Shown: positions 1 through 9,670 of the stretch, in pieces
Layout: each line of letters starts with the position of its first letter
Position numbering within the stretch: position 1 is the first letter of the stretch
DNA from: a virus
Taxonomy: Duplodnaviria; Caudoviricetes
Strand: one strand, 5' to 3'
Length of the DNA: 58,395 nucleotides
Virus record (IMG/VR): IMGVR_UViG_3300033141_005199
Span: 1-58,395 of that record
Translations under genes and position numbers: made by a program
Notes under the pieces: model-generated
Database searches by the model: none
Told to the model about the DNA's origin: nothing
What the model saw: only the letters and a program-made list of their open reading frames with translations

Positions 1-21
1 TTAGCTGACGGTAGATGAATT
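1..21. repeat. Terminal 21-bp direct repeat (assembly overlap, circular contig)
   Basis: TTAGCTGACGGTAGATGAATT at 1-21 is identical to 58375-58395. Confidence 0.97.
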
Positions 22-406
22 CTGCGATACCGTCCACTAGGCTCCCAACGGTTTCACGCATAACCCTACGTCTTATCTTCTCATAGTTCCCAGACTCGTC
101 TCCAATAACCCATATAAATTTGCCTATTACCTCTGGGTGAATCGGGTCATAGTACTCCCGCAGAGTCCACTTATCACCGTCACATTCTCCTGAGACCTCC
201 TTAAGCCGTGTCTCCATATCTCTCCGCTCGGAGCTTGTTGGTTCTCTATTTACCCTATGGTAGTCTTCATCTGACGGTGATAAAACCCAGTCTAGGGCTA
301 GGAATTTACCTAGGGTTCTAGCGCCTTCTATTGTCTGGGGGTCACTGTTTGCTGCTTTTGAAAAGAGTTCTTCATGTAGCTCCCGTATTTCACGCACCGT
401 CTTCAT
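1..406 (-). CDS. Hypothetical protein spanning the contig junction (continues 58374-58334; about 148 aa)
   Basis: ATG at 406 (MKTVREIRELHEELF...) stays open through base 1 and, via the overlap, continues ...YRQLTGGITIQKEEADG* to TAA at 58334-58336; missing from the ORF track. Confidence 0.85.
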   Translation of the reverse strand, partial: MKTVREIRELHEELFSKAANSDPQTIEGARTLGKFLALDWVLSPSDEDYHRVNREPTSSERRDMETRLKEVSGECDGDKWTLREYYDPIHPEVIGKFIWVIGDESGNYEKIRRRVMRETVGSLVDGIAEFIYRQL

Positions 407-713
407 ACTCATACACCAGTATTTCTCTTATATCTGGGACAAGAAGTATTTTTGAGCCAAATAAAGTTATGGGATATGTAAAGTTCTTAATCTTGCCCCC
501 GTCCTCGATCATTGATATAGGCAACAACACAATAAACGGACTTTGATTCCCCATACATAGTGCATTCGCAATTGATGCGAGAATTTCAGCTTTCAATTCC
601 TTTGTAATAGTAAACGAGTCTAAGGTTGCCCTGTATTCTCCATCAACCCCTTCAATATCATTAGCGAATGCTACCACAGTGTCCTTGTTAATGTCGTCTT
701 CACTTTCCCTCAT
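390..713 (-). CDS. Hypothetical protein
   Basis: Part of a tightly overlapped minus-strand operon. Confidence 0.7.
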   Translation of the reverse strand: MRESEDDINKDTVVAFANDIEGVDGEYRATLDSFTITKELKAEILASIANALCMGNQSPFIVLLPISMIEDGGKIKNFTYPITLFGSKILLVPDIREILVYEYEDGA

Positions 714-1269
714 CTACCTTATCCTCCTTCTTATCTACGTGTTTCTCCGTTATATGTTTTACTACTTGCTTCGCCATCTCAGCCACATACTCCGCAGTCT
801 CCCCAATCAATGGTTCACCAACCACCACCCTACGGATATTCTCGTCTATCTCGGCGTTTAATCTACGACTGTATTCATAGCTCTCATACATGGCGTCAAC
901 CATAGCTACAAACCAGTGCATCCAATCATAGTGAATAAACGTCTCAGGATGCTTCTCCTTAACCAGTTCGTAGGCTTCATCATACTTCATGCCCTGCACA
1001 TAGTAGAGGTAACATGCCACTAGGAACGGGCTACGATCCACCCCTCCATGACAGTAGATTATAACTGGGAGTCCGCTGTCACGTATTTTCTCGATTTGCT
1101 CAACCATAGCTAATATCCTGTAGAACTCGTTATCCGTTAAGCCGTAGTCTATTCTCCACTGGGTTAAGTCGTAGTGAATTATAGGTGACTCAACGCCATA
1201 GTAGTCACTGAAGCCGTCTACGTCTACATCTGAGCCAAGGTACAGGTTTTCAACTACCTCAGTTAACAT
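700..1269 (-). CDS. Dual-specificity/tyrosine phosphatase-family protein (CX5R)
   Basis: N-terminal ENLYLGS and catalytic loop IIYCHGGVDRSPFLVACYL. Confidence 0.85.
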   Translation of the reverse strand: MLTEVVENLYLGSDVDVDGFSDYYGVESPIIHYDLTQWRIDYGLTDNEFYRILAMVEQIEKIRDSGLPVIIYCHGGVDRSPFLVACYLYYVQGMKYDEAYELVKEKHPETFIHYDWMHWFVAMVDAMYESYEYSRRLNAEIDENIRRVVVGEPLIGETAEYVAEMAKQVVKHITEKHVDKKEDKVDEGK

Positions 1270-1289
1270 GTCTATTATACCTCCACCGT

Positions 1290-2012
1290 TTACTTAGCAG
1301 TCTTCTTCGACCCCCCACCACGTTTAACCTCTATCTCACCCTCTGACTTCAACTCCTGCAATATACTGACCACGAAATCTGTGTCTAACTCTAGGTCAAT
1401 TATAATGTCGCTTGTCCAGCAACCAGGGTGCTTCACGATGTAGTCTAGTATCATTTCTCTAGCTTCGCTACGCGGTATGTCTGCCTCGCCACGTAGGTTG
1501 ATGACACCTAGTGGCTTCGATGGTTTCTCCTCCTTGACACCGTCTTCCCCATTGCTACCCGTATATGCCTTGACTTTTTCTATGAGTTTTTCCAGTAGAT
1601 CTGCGGTGGATACGGCATTCTCCTTAGTCTGCTTCATGTATTCGATTATCTCCTCCTTGGTGTTCTTAACTATTATGGTCTTCTTGAAGTGTGTGAGAAG
1701 TTCATACCACTCATCTATAGATTCACTCTCTACGACGCCTTGAAGCCAGTCGCATGCGGAGCAGCTTCCGAAGTAGCCTTCTATGAAGTACCATTTCTCG
1801 CCGTCTGTGCCACAGTAGAAGAAGTCCCCTTGGTAGCCATCGTCATATACGGCTAACCAGTCAACGTCTGGGTGTAGGGCGCATATGATGTCGTCGTAGT
1901 CATACATTCCCACCGTGTCTCTGATGGTGTACGCTCTTAGGCGATCCATATTCCATATTACATCGTATAGTTTAAACACCTTATCTCCCAGTATCTCAAC
2001 ATCCTTCCTCAT
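1290..2012 (-). CDS. Hypothetical protein with C-terminal winged-helix-like domain
   Basis: C-terminal ILDYIVKHPGCWTSDIIIDLELDTDFVVSILQELKSEGEI pattern. Confidence 0.6.
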   Translation of the reverse strand: MRKDVEILGDKVFKLYDVIWNMDRLRAYTIRDTVGMYDYDDIICALHPDVDWLAVYDDGYQGDFFYCGTDGEKWYFIEGYFGSCSACDWLQGVVESESIDEWYELLTHFKKTIIVKNTKEEIIEYMKQTKENAVSTADLLEKLIEKVKAYTGSNGEDGVKEEKPSKPLGVINLRGEADIPRSEAREMILDYIVKHPGCWTSDIIIDLELDTDFVVSILQELKSEGEIEVKRGGGSKKTAK

Positions 2013-2071
2013 CCACTACACCTCCAATGCGGGTTAAAGAATGTTCCACATTTCCTATTCATCACCCTTCA

Positions 2072-2410
2072 TCACCTTCCTCCGTCACCACGTAGCGTGA
2101 ACCACTCCACAATCTCCCTCGTGGGGAAACGTGAAAGATGCCAACCCTCCTTATCCGCCCACAGGCTAATCTTAGTATCAGGGTTAATCTTCTTGATCAA
2201 CCAGTAGGCAGCAACATACAGCCTAAACCTTAGATCATCAATCTCCCTAACTCGCAGCCACCATAACGCCTTACTACGTATTGGGTGATGCTGTATCCTT
2301 ATCTCCGGTACGCATGTCCAGCGCCAAGCATCCTTCTCATAGCCTGCCCGTTGATCACATCGGTCACACTCCGCGTCATCCACATATTTATTGAAAAGTA
2401 GGCAATACAT
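2072..2410 (-). CDS. Hypothetical protein
   Basis: ORF in operon context. Confidence 0.6.
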   Translation of the reverse strand: MYCLLFNKYVDDAECDRCDQRAGYEKDAWRWTCVPEIRIQHHPIRSKALWWLRVREIDDLRFRLYVAAYWLIKKINPDTKISLWADKEGWHLSRFPTREIVEWFTLRGDGGR

Positions 2411-2413
2411 TAG

Positions 2414-2713
2414 TTATACCTCCACCACGAACTCGTATGCCCACCTCTCACCCCAGCCTGGGTGCAGTGACTCGTACAGCTCCTCGAATTGTTCGGGGGT
2501 GTAGCCTCCCTCATCATAGGCGTCCACAGGGTGAATAGGTTGCCCACGCTTCTCAAGCCACTTATGCGTTACCCGTATTCTGAATAAACCTGCTTTGCCT
2601 CTTCCAGGCTGAACCGCGTATGTTCTTCCAACCATGTATCTGCTGCTCTCACGCCTAGTCATGGTTTTCTCGCCTCTAGCTATCTTATCTATGTGTTCAC
2701 CGCTGAATATCAC
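2414..2713 (-). CDS. ASCH domain protein
   Basis: Signature F..EHIDKIARGEKTMTRR, AxxEG motif and C-terminal YEFVV. Confidence 0.8.
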   Translation of the reverse strand: MIFSGEHIDKIARGEKTMTRRESSRYMVGRTYAVQPGRGKAGLFRIRVTHKWLEKRGQPIHPVDAYDEGGYTPEQFEELYESLHPGWGERWAYEFVVEV

Positions 2714-2907
2714 TGTGAGATCTCCTTCATAACTCTCTTTGGCAGATGCTCCATTAGGTATCGTAGCGTGGTGAATCCTCCCAGTAACTCGTTTGATATG
2801 CGTGGGTTACGGAGTTTGTAGGTTTCCTCAAGTATCTTGGAGCTTAACAATTCCTCGGTGGAGTCATCAACCTCAAGAACCGATAATAACCATTCATCTA
2901 GCTTCAT
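2710..2907 (-). CDS. Small hypothetical protein (paralog of 2894-3103)
   Basis: LDEWLLSVLEVDDS vs LDEWIMQILQVDTS. Confidence 0.7.
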   Translation of the reverse strand: MKLDEWLLSVLEVDDSTEELLSSKILEETYKLRNPRISNELLGGFTTLRYLMEHLPKRVMKEISQ

Positions 2908-3103
2908 CTAGCTCACCAAGCATCTCCTCTCTGATCTTAGCTAAACCACTTATATAGCTTACGCTTCTAACCAGTTTAGCCATATTCTCATACGCGTACA
3001 TGCTCCTCAGCTCTGTGAATACCTCAGAGTTCTTCATAGCCTCCGCACTGGTGTCCACCTGCAGTATCTGCATTATCCACTCGTCGAGACTCGTCATCTG
3101 CAT
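2894..3103 (-). CDS. Small hypothetical protein (paralog of 2710-2907)
   Basis: Shared N-terminal motif; tandem overlap. Confidence 0.7.
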   Translation of the reverse strand: MQMTSLDEWIMQILQVDTSAEAMKNSEVFTELRSMYAYENMAKLVRSVSYISGLAKIREEMLGELDEAR

Positions 3104-3104
3104 C

Positions 3105-3407
3105 TCACTCTACGTAGCTTTCCTCCAGTAGCTTGGAAACATCCACGCCTATCCCACTGAGAATATTCTCCATAGCCATATTCTCACCGTTAAGCCTACG
3201 CCACTCATCTACGTCCTCCTTGGATACACCTAGCTGGCATATCAGGTATTCTACGAGGTCAACTTTATCCACGGCTCCGAGTCCCTTAACCACTCCTCCG
3301 CCTTGAAACTGTTTTCCGTCGCTTGCTATGAGTATGTAGCTGGTTGGGTTCTCCACGTCTAGGCTTTCAGCTAGTAGACGTATTTCCTCAGCTTTCTCAC
3401 TGTTCAC
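3105..3407 (-). CDS. Hypothetical protein
   Basis: Operon context with overlapping start/stop codons. Confidence 0.65.
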   Translation of the reverse strand: MNSEKAEEIRLLAESLDVENPTSYILIASDGKQFQGGGVVKGLGAVDKVDLVEYLICQLGVSKEDVDEWRRLNGENMAMENILSGIGVDVSKLLEESYVE

Positions 3408-3951
3408 CCTTCACATCTCCTTCAACATATTCATCACCCCAGCTATCAGCGAAGCCATGCTCCACAGCATACTTGTAGAAAGGTATGTCTTCACAAGGAG
3501 GATCGTCCCAGTATTCTATGTGAAGCTCTAATGTACGCCTCTCCTTGTCTAACTCTTTCTTTATTCTATTGTATTTTCTCTCCAAGACTTCTATCCTCTC
3601 CTCGTACGCTTGTTTTGCCAGTTCACGCCAATACTTAAACACAGTTTCTCTGAGATGATTTAACCGTTCTCTATGATCCCTAAAGATTATATGCGTATCC
3701 TCATATTCCTTCATAGCCTCTTCAAGTGCTTCAAGTTTATTCTCTGCAAACCTATTTTTCCAATGCTCGTAATCTTCGGGTTTTAAGTACCAGTGATAAT
3801 CATACATCTTCCCATTATGCGTTAAGAAGACATCAACCAACGTTTGGTATTCGTTTGGTTTATTCATAAAATATCTATTATGACTGACGGATACACGTAG
3901 CTTTGGTGCTTCACTCATTTTTAGCGTATTAGATAAGTCTTCACAGGTCAC
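3397..3951 (-). CDS. Hypothetical coiled-coil protein
   Basis: Operon context; charged helical segment. Confidence 0.65.
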   Translation of the reverse strand: MTCEDLSNTLKMSEAPKLRVSVSHNRYFMNKPNEYQTLVDVFLTHNGKMYDYHWYLKPEDYEHWKNRFAENKLEALEEAMKEYEDTHIIFRDHRERLNHLRETVFKYWRELAKQAYEERIEVLERKYNRIKKELDKERRTLELHIEYWDDPPCEDIPFYKYAVEHGFADSWGDEYVEGDVKGEQ

Positions 3952-4682
3952 TGCGTAGCCTCCAGCACTGTGAGCTTTGTGCGTCGCGTCGATGAGAGCT
4001 GCGTCATATTATCGAACGGAGTCTTAACCATCATGTTGCTAAGCGATATATGTGAACCCTGCGTGACTCTATCCAGCACGTCGTACGCTAACTTATCCCA
4101 TGTGCTGACTCGAACCACGTTGCCTCCACGTGTCCGCATCTTGAAGCTACACACTGTCACTATGTTGCCGTCACGTAGCTCCACGTCTCTCGCCGACGGC
4201 TTATCGATGACTTCCCCAGCTATATCAGTGAAGCTTCCTACTTCATATACCTTGTTAGGGGCACCGTGTGGCGCTCCCTCCGTAGCCTGAGTCCCCTGCT
4301 TATCGTCGGCTTGAAACCTCCAGCACTTATCCCTCCTCACCCACCTGTATCCCCACGCCGTTAGCTTCTGATCTATTTCACTCCAGCAGTCGCCGAGGAA
4401 CCTTAACGGCTTAACCACTTCCCCCTGTTCCTCATATTTAAGTAGGTTGATGTTTGCGCCAAGCGACTCCTCTAGTTTATCAAGGGTTGGGGGGTGGACG
4501 GAGTCGTCACCGCCCCCATCTACGCTGGATTCAAGCATGGTTAGCCTCTGCTCAATTAACGTAATTCTACTTGTGACGTTATCTAGCCCGACGCGTATAG
4601 CGTCTGTGGACTCCTTTACCCCGCGTAGAGCGTCACGTATAGCAGATAGTTGCTCACCTGAAACATGATTACTTTCACTCAA
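3948..4682 (-). CDS. Putative single-stranded DNA-binding protein (coiled coil, middle domain, RPA-like OB fold)
   Basis: C-terminal DIAGEVIDKPSARDVELRDG...VRVSTWDKLA...LSSTRRTKL resembles an RPA/SSB OB fold; lies next to MCM. Confidence 0.7.
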   Translation of the reverse strand: MSESNHVSGEQLSAIRDALRGVKESTDAIRVGLDNVTSRITLIEQRLTMLESSVDGGGDDSVHPPTLDKLEESLGANINLLKYEEQGEVVKPLRFLGDCWSEIDQKLTAWGYRWVRRDKCWRFQADDKQGTQATEGAPHGAPNKVYEVGSFTDIAGEVIDKPSARDVELRDGNIVTVCSFKMRTRGGNVVRVSTWDKLAYDVLDRVTQGSHISLSNMMVKTPFDNMTQLSSTRRTKLTVLEATQ

Positions 4683-4724
4683 ACATATTCACATGTAGAG
4701 TGAGTACTACAGGGTATTTAAGCT

Positions 4725-7700
4725 TTACGATTTGCCATCACTCCAACTCATGAGGGTTGTGGGACAAGCAACGTAGCCGTATTTAGGCTCCCATATGATG
4801 TCACGCTCCAACGCGTAGTCAATGATCTTACGCGCCCTAGTTGAGTCAACGTTGCCGAGGCTCAGTAGCTTCTCCTTCAGCTCACGTACGCCGATCATCG
4901 GGTTGCCGTTAACAGTCATATGGTAGTCCCCCGACTCAACCATTGACTCGATGATCCGTGGGAGATACCTTGCCTGCTCCTCCAGGCTCTTAGGCGCCAT
5001 GCCCTCGAATGGTGCAACGTCAACCTTACCTGTGTATGGATCCTTCCACGTCTCGTTGATGTATAGCTCGAATAGCCTTATAGCCCTCTCAGCGTCATCC
5101 ATCGACGCCTCTTCCCGTAGATGCATTCTGGCTGACGCCTCTGTTAGGCGTTCAAGAGCCTCTATCTGCCTAGGAGTTATCTGAAGCCCGTTACCGTCAA
5201 GCGCGCACTCCCTCCGCTTAGATATGAAGTATGTCTTCAGCCTCATAAGGGCATCCCTGCTGACACGCGGCGTAACCGTCTTACTGTACGCTACGTATTG
5301 CTTAAGATCCTCGACGCTAAGCATGGGGTGCATAGTGTCGCCTAAGCCGAGTATCCTGTCAACCATCGCGCTGTCACGCTCCTCATCCATCGGGTCAAGC
5401 ATAATGAATATCAAATCGAATCTGCTGAGTAGGCTAGGTGGGAAGCCTTTAACGTTCTCAGGGATCGTCTTATACACGTTATACACGCCGTCACTCGGGT
5501 TACACGCGGCAATCACCCCACACCTGCTATTCAAGGTTGCGTGAAGCCCACCCTTATCAATCGGGATAATCTGCTGCTCCATCGCTGGGTGAATCTTCTC
5601 ACGATCCTCCTTATTCATCTTGTCCAGTTCATCGAGACAGTTGTGGACGGTTGCACCACAGAGTACGAAGCTGTGGGTGTGTTTGATTGTTAGGTCGTAG
5701 ACTCTTCGCTTTCCCTTTTTCTCGACGGACTTCACGGGGTTCAACAGATATGGTTTGACTGGTGGTTTAAACGGTTTGCCGGCTAGCCTAACCCAGTGCG
5801 GTCTGAGTGTTTCCATGAGTTCGACGGTTACCCGCCTCTTCTTAAGTGCGAGGTATATTCTACTGGATAACCCTGTTTTCACTGCGTAGCTCCAGTTGAA
5901 CTTGGTGTCTTCAAACCATTTGAAGTAGTCGTCATCCAGCACGCTGTCATAACTGGTTATCTTGGTTTTGGGTTCCACGTGGTATAGTTTCGCCTTGTTT
6001 TTCCCGACCACCCTGTCTTTGAACAGCTCTACTACTCGGTTATAGCTTCTCAGGGATGTTATCCTTATGGTTCTCCCCCTTATAACTGACAGTATTCCGA
6101 GTTGGTGGAAGAGGCTGTTAACCAGCTTGACTAGGTTTAGTATAGTGTCACCGTATTTGGTTCTACCCAGAGTTATCGTTATCTCACGTTTCACGCCGTG
6201 GGATCCCTTCTTGTGGGAAACACAGGCGTCGGTTGAAAGTATGCCTGCGAGGAACCCGATTTTGTATCCGTAGGTGTGCTTCGCTAGGCGTTGGCGGTGA
6301 ATCAGGTTGAACAGTTCTCTTTTCAGCTTCTTAGAGGAGAACGACGCTGATATTGTAGGTGAGAACGTCGCTTGTTTTCCTTTAATATATGTTGTTTGGT
6401 TGTCTCTCTCATAAATGCTTGGCTTCTTCCCGTAGTGCTTCTCTATCAGGCTTAAAACATACTGCGTCCTATCACTGTTCTTCTTCGACGCGGAGAAACA
6501 TAAACCGTTTTTAATCGACTTCTCGTTCAAGTAAATGTCTGAGACCCCGAAGCCGTGGATAAACCCAACTTCAAAATCCTCCTCATCAACCACACCAGTC
6601 TCTATGGTTGGAATCTTAACATAATCCCCATCCGTCAGACGCCCTGCCTCAACCCAACCCCTCTGAGTCAGAACCAGATGATCACCTGTACACACCACCT
6701 CATCCCCACTATACAGCTTGACCACAACAGTGTCCTTCTCACCATTATAGAATTTATTAACAACCTCCTCGAATACCCCACCCATCCCTAGAACCCAATC
6801 ACCAACTTCAACCTCCTGTATTCGCTTCAAACCACTCCTCGTAACCACGAATTGATCCTCAGCGATACACGCCGTTCCCATATCGGCGAGTGCCATTGTC
6901 CCAGCGGCCAGCACGAATCTGCCATCACTATCCTTAGTCAAGGCAGCCGTAAGGCCGACGCCACTTACACCTCCTCCACTGCTGTAGACTCCACGTACAC
7001 TTGCCTTAGATGCGAAGAGTAGGAACTGTGTGTTGTGAGTTGGCACAAGTTCTTTTCCACAAAGGAATAAATGGCTAGGACTATCAACAGCTATACATTT
7101 AACTGGGACTGTTTCTCTTTTTCTAACCTCAACAATATATCTTTGTCTGGTGGTTTTTCTCTGAGTTTTTCTTTTTTTCTTGTTTTTACGTGAAAGCCTA
7201 AATATTGGAAGATTTGTCGTGAAATAAATTTTAAAAACGTCCTTACATTTCTTGCCGCCATATGAACCCGTTGCCTTACTAACTGTGTTTTTAATTCCCA
7301 GACTCCATAAAAGACTACGCACCGCTTGCATAAGTTCCTTGTTGGTCGTAATAAATACTGATGAAGAAGGTTCTTGGGTTCCATCGGAATCCATAAGTCC
7401 CTGTAAAAGAGAGAGTCTTTGTTCAATAGATGAGAATAAATACTCCTCGGGTATGTGTTTGTTTCCAAGAAGATTGTTTTCTCTTAACAATTTCCGTAAT
7501 CCTAAGATTCCATATTCATATTTTCTGCTTTTCCTTTTTCTTATTTTAAATCCATCCTTTTTAATTTCCTCTAATATTTCTTCTTCAGCGCATGTTATGG
7601 CCCCATCATTTGAATTTCCATCACCAAGCCATATTCCAAGAGTGTAAGGTGGTATTGGCAGATTTCTTTCTGGAAACTTAACTGGCTTTGCCATTGGAAT

Positions 7701-9005
7701 GGAGTGATTGGTTCGTTCACCGTTTTTCTCTTTTATTTTTAGGGTGTTCTTTATCTCAAGAGTTGTTTTGATTGATGGGGGAATAGGTTTATATTTTCGC
7801 CTCCCATTGTTTTTAAGCCTTCCACATCTCAATTTTTTTTCATACACCTGCTGTGAACGGCGGGAGGCCCTTGTTGATGTAAGCCATAAATGACCTGCGT
7901 CAGCAGTTATAACTGTTCTATCATCAAACACAACATCATAGACATCGTGGTTATACATAATTGGAGATGTGGCTATAACATTACAAGGATTCCCATTTTC
8001 ATCGAAAACAACATCCCCGATAACCACATCTCTCATTTTCTTCCATCCATTGGTTGTTAAGATTGGGGTTTCTATATCCAATGCCTTCGCTGTACCCGGG
8101 TTCCCTATGAGTAGTATGTGGATGTCGCCTCGCCTATATAGTCCTCCCTTCTCCTTACGTACTCCGCCGAATAGGCTTAGCAGTATTGCCTCCTTGATGT
8201 GGCGCCACCCATATATGCTTGGGGCGAAGCTCTCAATCAACACGTCGTCTAGGTCTTCTCTGCGAGCCAGCTCATGGAACCACTCAGCCTTCTCAGGGGT
8301 GAACTCCTGGTTGATGAAGTCCTTGTTCAATACCTCAATGTAGTTGACCTCAACGTAGTTCTCGAAGTGGACGCTGCGGCTATTAGGCTGAATCGGCTTC
8401 ACGATGACAGTCATCCTAACTAGGTCTCCGGGGGTGACGGATCGTATGAGGCTTCCACGGAGCAGCCCTGTCAGTGGCTCAGGTATCTCGCCTGGGGGGA
8501 GCTCGTCTGGTCTCTCCTGTATTGTGATTCTCTGCACGTTCTGGAATAGACTCTTATTCTCGTCGAGTTTCCAGTTTCTACGGTTTCCGCAGAGCGGGCA
8601 CTTTATGGGTTTCACGATGTTGAAGTCGTCCTGCTTCACGCGTTCACTTGCCCCGCAGACTCCGCATATCCACTCCCCCTCTATGAGGGCGGATTCAGGT
8701 ATGGCTGTGCTCACCACCATTGCCTCCAGCTGTATGAGTTTCCCGTATAGCGTTGAGTCTACTCCACGTATATTGGTGGTCTCCACAAGGTTTCTGACTC
8801 TAACGGTTTTACCAACTGCGTCACTGTATATTTGTAGCATCTGCTCAGCGTTCTCCAGCAGGTGGATGGCGTCGTCAGGGTGCTCAGCGTAGAACTCTGT
8901 GAAGTCAACCACAAGCTCAGATGAGTCACTGTGCAGACTTACCTCACGTATCCCGCCGTCATGCAGAAACTCTATGAAAGTGTCCTCAGTGTAGACGTCA
9001 CTCAA
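4725..9005 (-). CDS. mcm: MCM replicative helicase with two inteins (probable TTG start at 9005)
   Basis: Zn finger CGVC...CPLC, IQERP...GEIP, FAPSIYG, Walker A GNPGTAK/TQ, Walker B CLDELDKM, AACNP, arginine finger SRFD, ITPRQIEAL. Confidence 0.97.
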   Translation of the reverse strand: MSDVYTEDTFIEFLHDGGIREVSLHSDSSELVVDFTEFYAEHPDDAIHLLENAEQMLQIYSDAVGKTVRVRNLVETTNIRGVDSTLYGKLIQLEAMVVSTAIPESALIEGEWICGVCGASERVKQDDFNIVKPIKCPLCGNRRNWKLDENKSLFQNVQRITIQERPDELPPGEIPEPLTGLLRGSLIRSVTPGDLVRMTVIVKPIQPNSRSVHFENYVEVNYIEVLNKDFINQEFTPEKAEWFHELARREDLDDVLIESFAPSIYGWRHIKEAILLSLFGGVRKEKGGLYRRGDIHILLIGNPGTAKALDIETPILTTNGWKKMRDVVIGDVVFDENGNPCNVIATSPIMYNHDVYDVVFDDRTVITADAGHLWLTSTRASRRSQQVYEKKLRCGRLKNNGRRKYKPIPPSIKTTLEIKNTLKIKEKNGERTNHSIPMAKPVKFPERNLPIPPYTLGIWLGDGNSNDGAITCAEEEILEEIKKDGFKIRKRKSRKYEYGILGLRKLLRENNLLGNKHIPEEYLFSSIEQRLSLLQGLMDSDGTQEPSSSVFITTNKELMQAVRSLLWSLGIKNTVSKATGSYGGKKCKDVFKIYFTTNLPIFRLSRKNKKKRKTQRKTTRQRYIVEVRKRETVPVKCIAVDSPSHLFLCGKELVPTHNTQFLLFASKASVRGVYSSGGGVSGVGLTAALTKDSDGRFVLAAGTMALADMGTACIAEDQFVVTRSGLKRIQEVEVGDWVLGMGGVFEEVVNKFYNGEKDTVVVKLYSGDEVVCTGDHLVLTQRGWVEAGRLTDGDYVKIPTIETGVVDEEDFEVGFIHGFGVSDIYLNEKSIKNGLCFSASKKNSDRTQYVLSLIEKHYGKKPSIYERDNQTTYIKGKQATFSPTISASFSSKKLKRELFNLIHRQRLAKHTYGYKIGFLAGILSTDACVSHKKGSHGVKREITITLGRTKYGDTILNLVKLVNSLFHQLGILSVIRGRTIRITSLRSYNRVVELFKDRVVGKNKAKLYHVEPKTKITSYDSVLDDDYFKWFEDTKFNWSYAVKTGLSSRIYLALKKRRVTVELMETLRPHWVRLAGKPFKPPVKPYLLNPVKSVEKKGKRRVYDLTIKHTHSFVLCGATVHNCLDELDKMNKEDREKIHPAMEQQIIPIDKGGLHATLNSRCGVIAACNPSDGVYNVYKTIPENVKGFPPSLLSRFDLIFIMLDPMDEERDSAMVDRILGLGDTMHPMLSVEDLKQYVAYSKTVTPRVSRDALMRLKTYFISKRRECALDGNGLQITPRQIEALERLTEASARMHLREEASMDDAERAIRLFELYINETWKDPYTGKVDVAPFEGMAPKSLEEQARYLPRIIESMVESGDYHMTVNGNPMIGVRELKEKLLSLGNVDSTRARKIIDYALERDIIWEPKYGYVACPTTLMSWSDGKS
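5640..6869 (-). mobile_element. Class 1 intein (410 aa) in MCM just before Walker B, with LAGLIDADG-like endonuclease
   Basis: GTA|CIAEDQFV...CTGDHLVL...FLAGILSTDA...VYDLTI...TVHN|CLDE. Confidence 0.93.
7032..8084 (-). mobile_element. Class 3 (Ala-start, WCT) intein (351 aa) in MCM Walker A, with LAGLIDADG endonuclease
   Basis: GTAK|ALDIETPILT...ADAGHLW...LGIWLGDG...LQGLMDSDG...VKCIAV...PTHN|TQ. Confidence 0.9.
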
Positions 9006-9408
9006 GGTAGCTGTAAGCCTCCTCAAGTAGCTCCGTGAACTCGTCACTCGTATCAGGAACATCGCTTGCACGCAGCAGTAGGTTAAGCAGCTGACCCTCA
9101 TACTCGTCACGCCTCTCCTCTATGCCAGCCCTCCTCATACTATCCAGTATCCTGATGTGGCGACGTATCTCCCTGCTCAGAACCTTAACCTTGATCTCCC
9201 GACGCCTATCAGGCGCTGCCTCACGTATCTTACGCTGAATCAGGTAGGTTCTATTCGCCACAGGGTTCCCAAGCATATAGTCGAGCATAGCCTCCTCGAG
9301 GCACACGCCAACCCCCCTGCTGAGCGCCCTACAGTGCTCCCTGAAGAGACGCACTATGTTCTTTGACACTCTGAACGTTGTGATAGTCTTCTCCTCAACC
9401 CCAACCAT
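8998..9408 (-). CDS. Putative ribbon-helix-helix DNA-binding protein upstream of MCM (probable ATG at 9408)
   Basis: TITTFRVSKNIVRLFREHC...GVCLEEAMLDYM pattern; stop overlaps the MCM start. Confidence 0.55.
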   Translation of the reverse strand: MVGVEEKTITTFRVSKNIVRLFREHCRALSRGVGVCLEEAMLDYMLGNPVANRTYLIQRKIREAAPDRRREIKVKVLSREIRRHIRILDSMRRAGIEERRDEYEGQLLNLLLRASDVPDTSDEFTELLEEAYSYLE

Positions 9409-9433
9409 GAGATCCTTCTCCTCCCCTTTATCT

Positions 9434-9484
9434 GTTTCATTATTATTATATGATGTAATATATTTAATATATTTAATATAATAC
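9434..9484. other. Very AT-rich tract with TAATATATT tandem units; candidate replication origin/unwinding element
   Basis: TTTCATTATTATTATATGATGTAATATATTTAATATATTTAATATAATAC in the divergent intergenic region beside RHH-MCM. Confidence 0.4.
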
Positions 9485-9670
9485 AGGGGTTTAGGATTTT
9501 CGCCAGTATATAGGTTGAGGGAGCTAGGCTGAGGCTTCGCATATTCTCCGTCAGAAATACTGTTGGTGACAGTCATATTGCTTCTGCTTACAGATACGCT
9601 GTCACCCATTTAAAAAACTTATGATGCCTCATCAGTAACGTTTATAAGGTTTATCCATTACGTCATTAAT

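Noticed and set aside
1-21. Terminal repeat as a biological att site or terminal repeat
   Set aside because: It falls mid-ORF, 21 bp is a typical assembler k-mer overlap, and no integrase is recognisable
4725-4770. PIP-box-like PTTLMSW at the MCM C-terminus
   Set aside because: Lacks the Gln and the second aromatic residue; too weak without conservation data
9006-9110. N-terminal extension of MCM in the ORF track
   Set aside because: Overlaps the upstream gene; TTG 9005 with GAGGAGG upstream fits the genome's coupled-gene pattern
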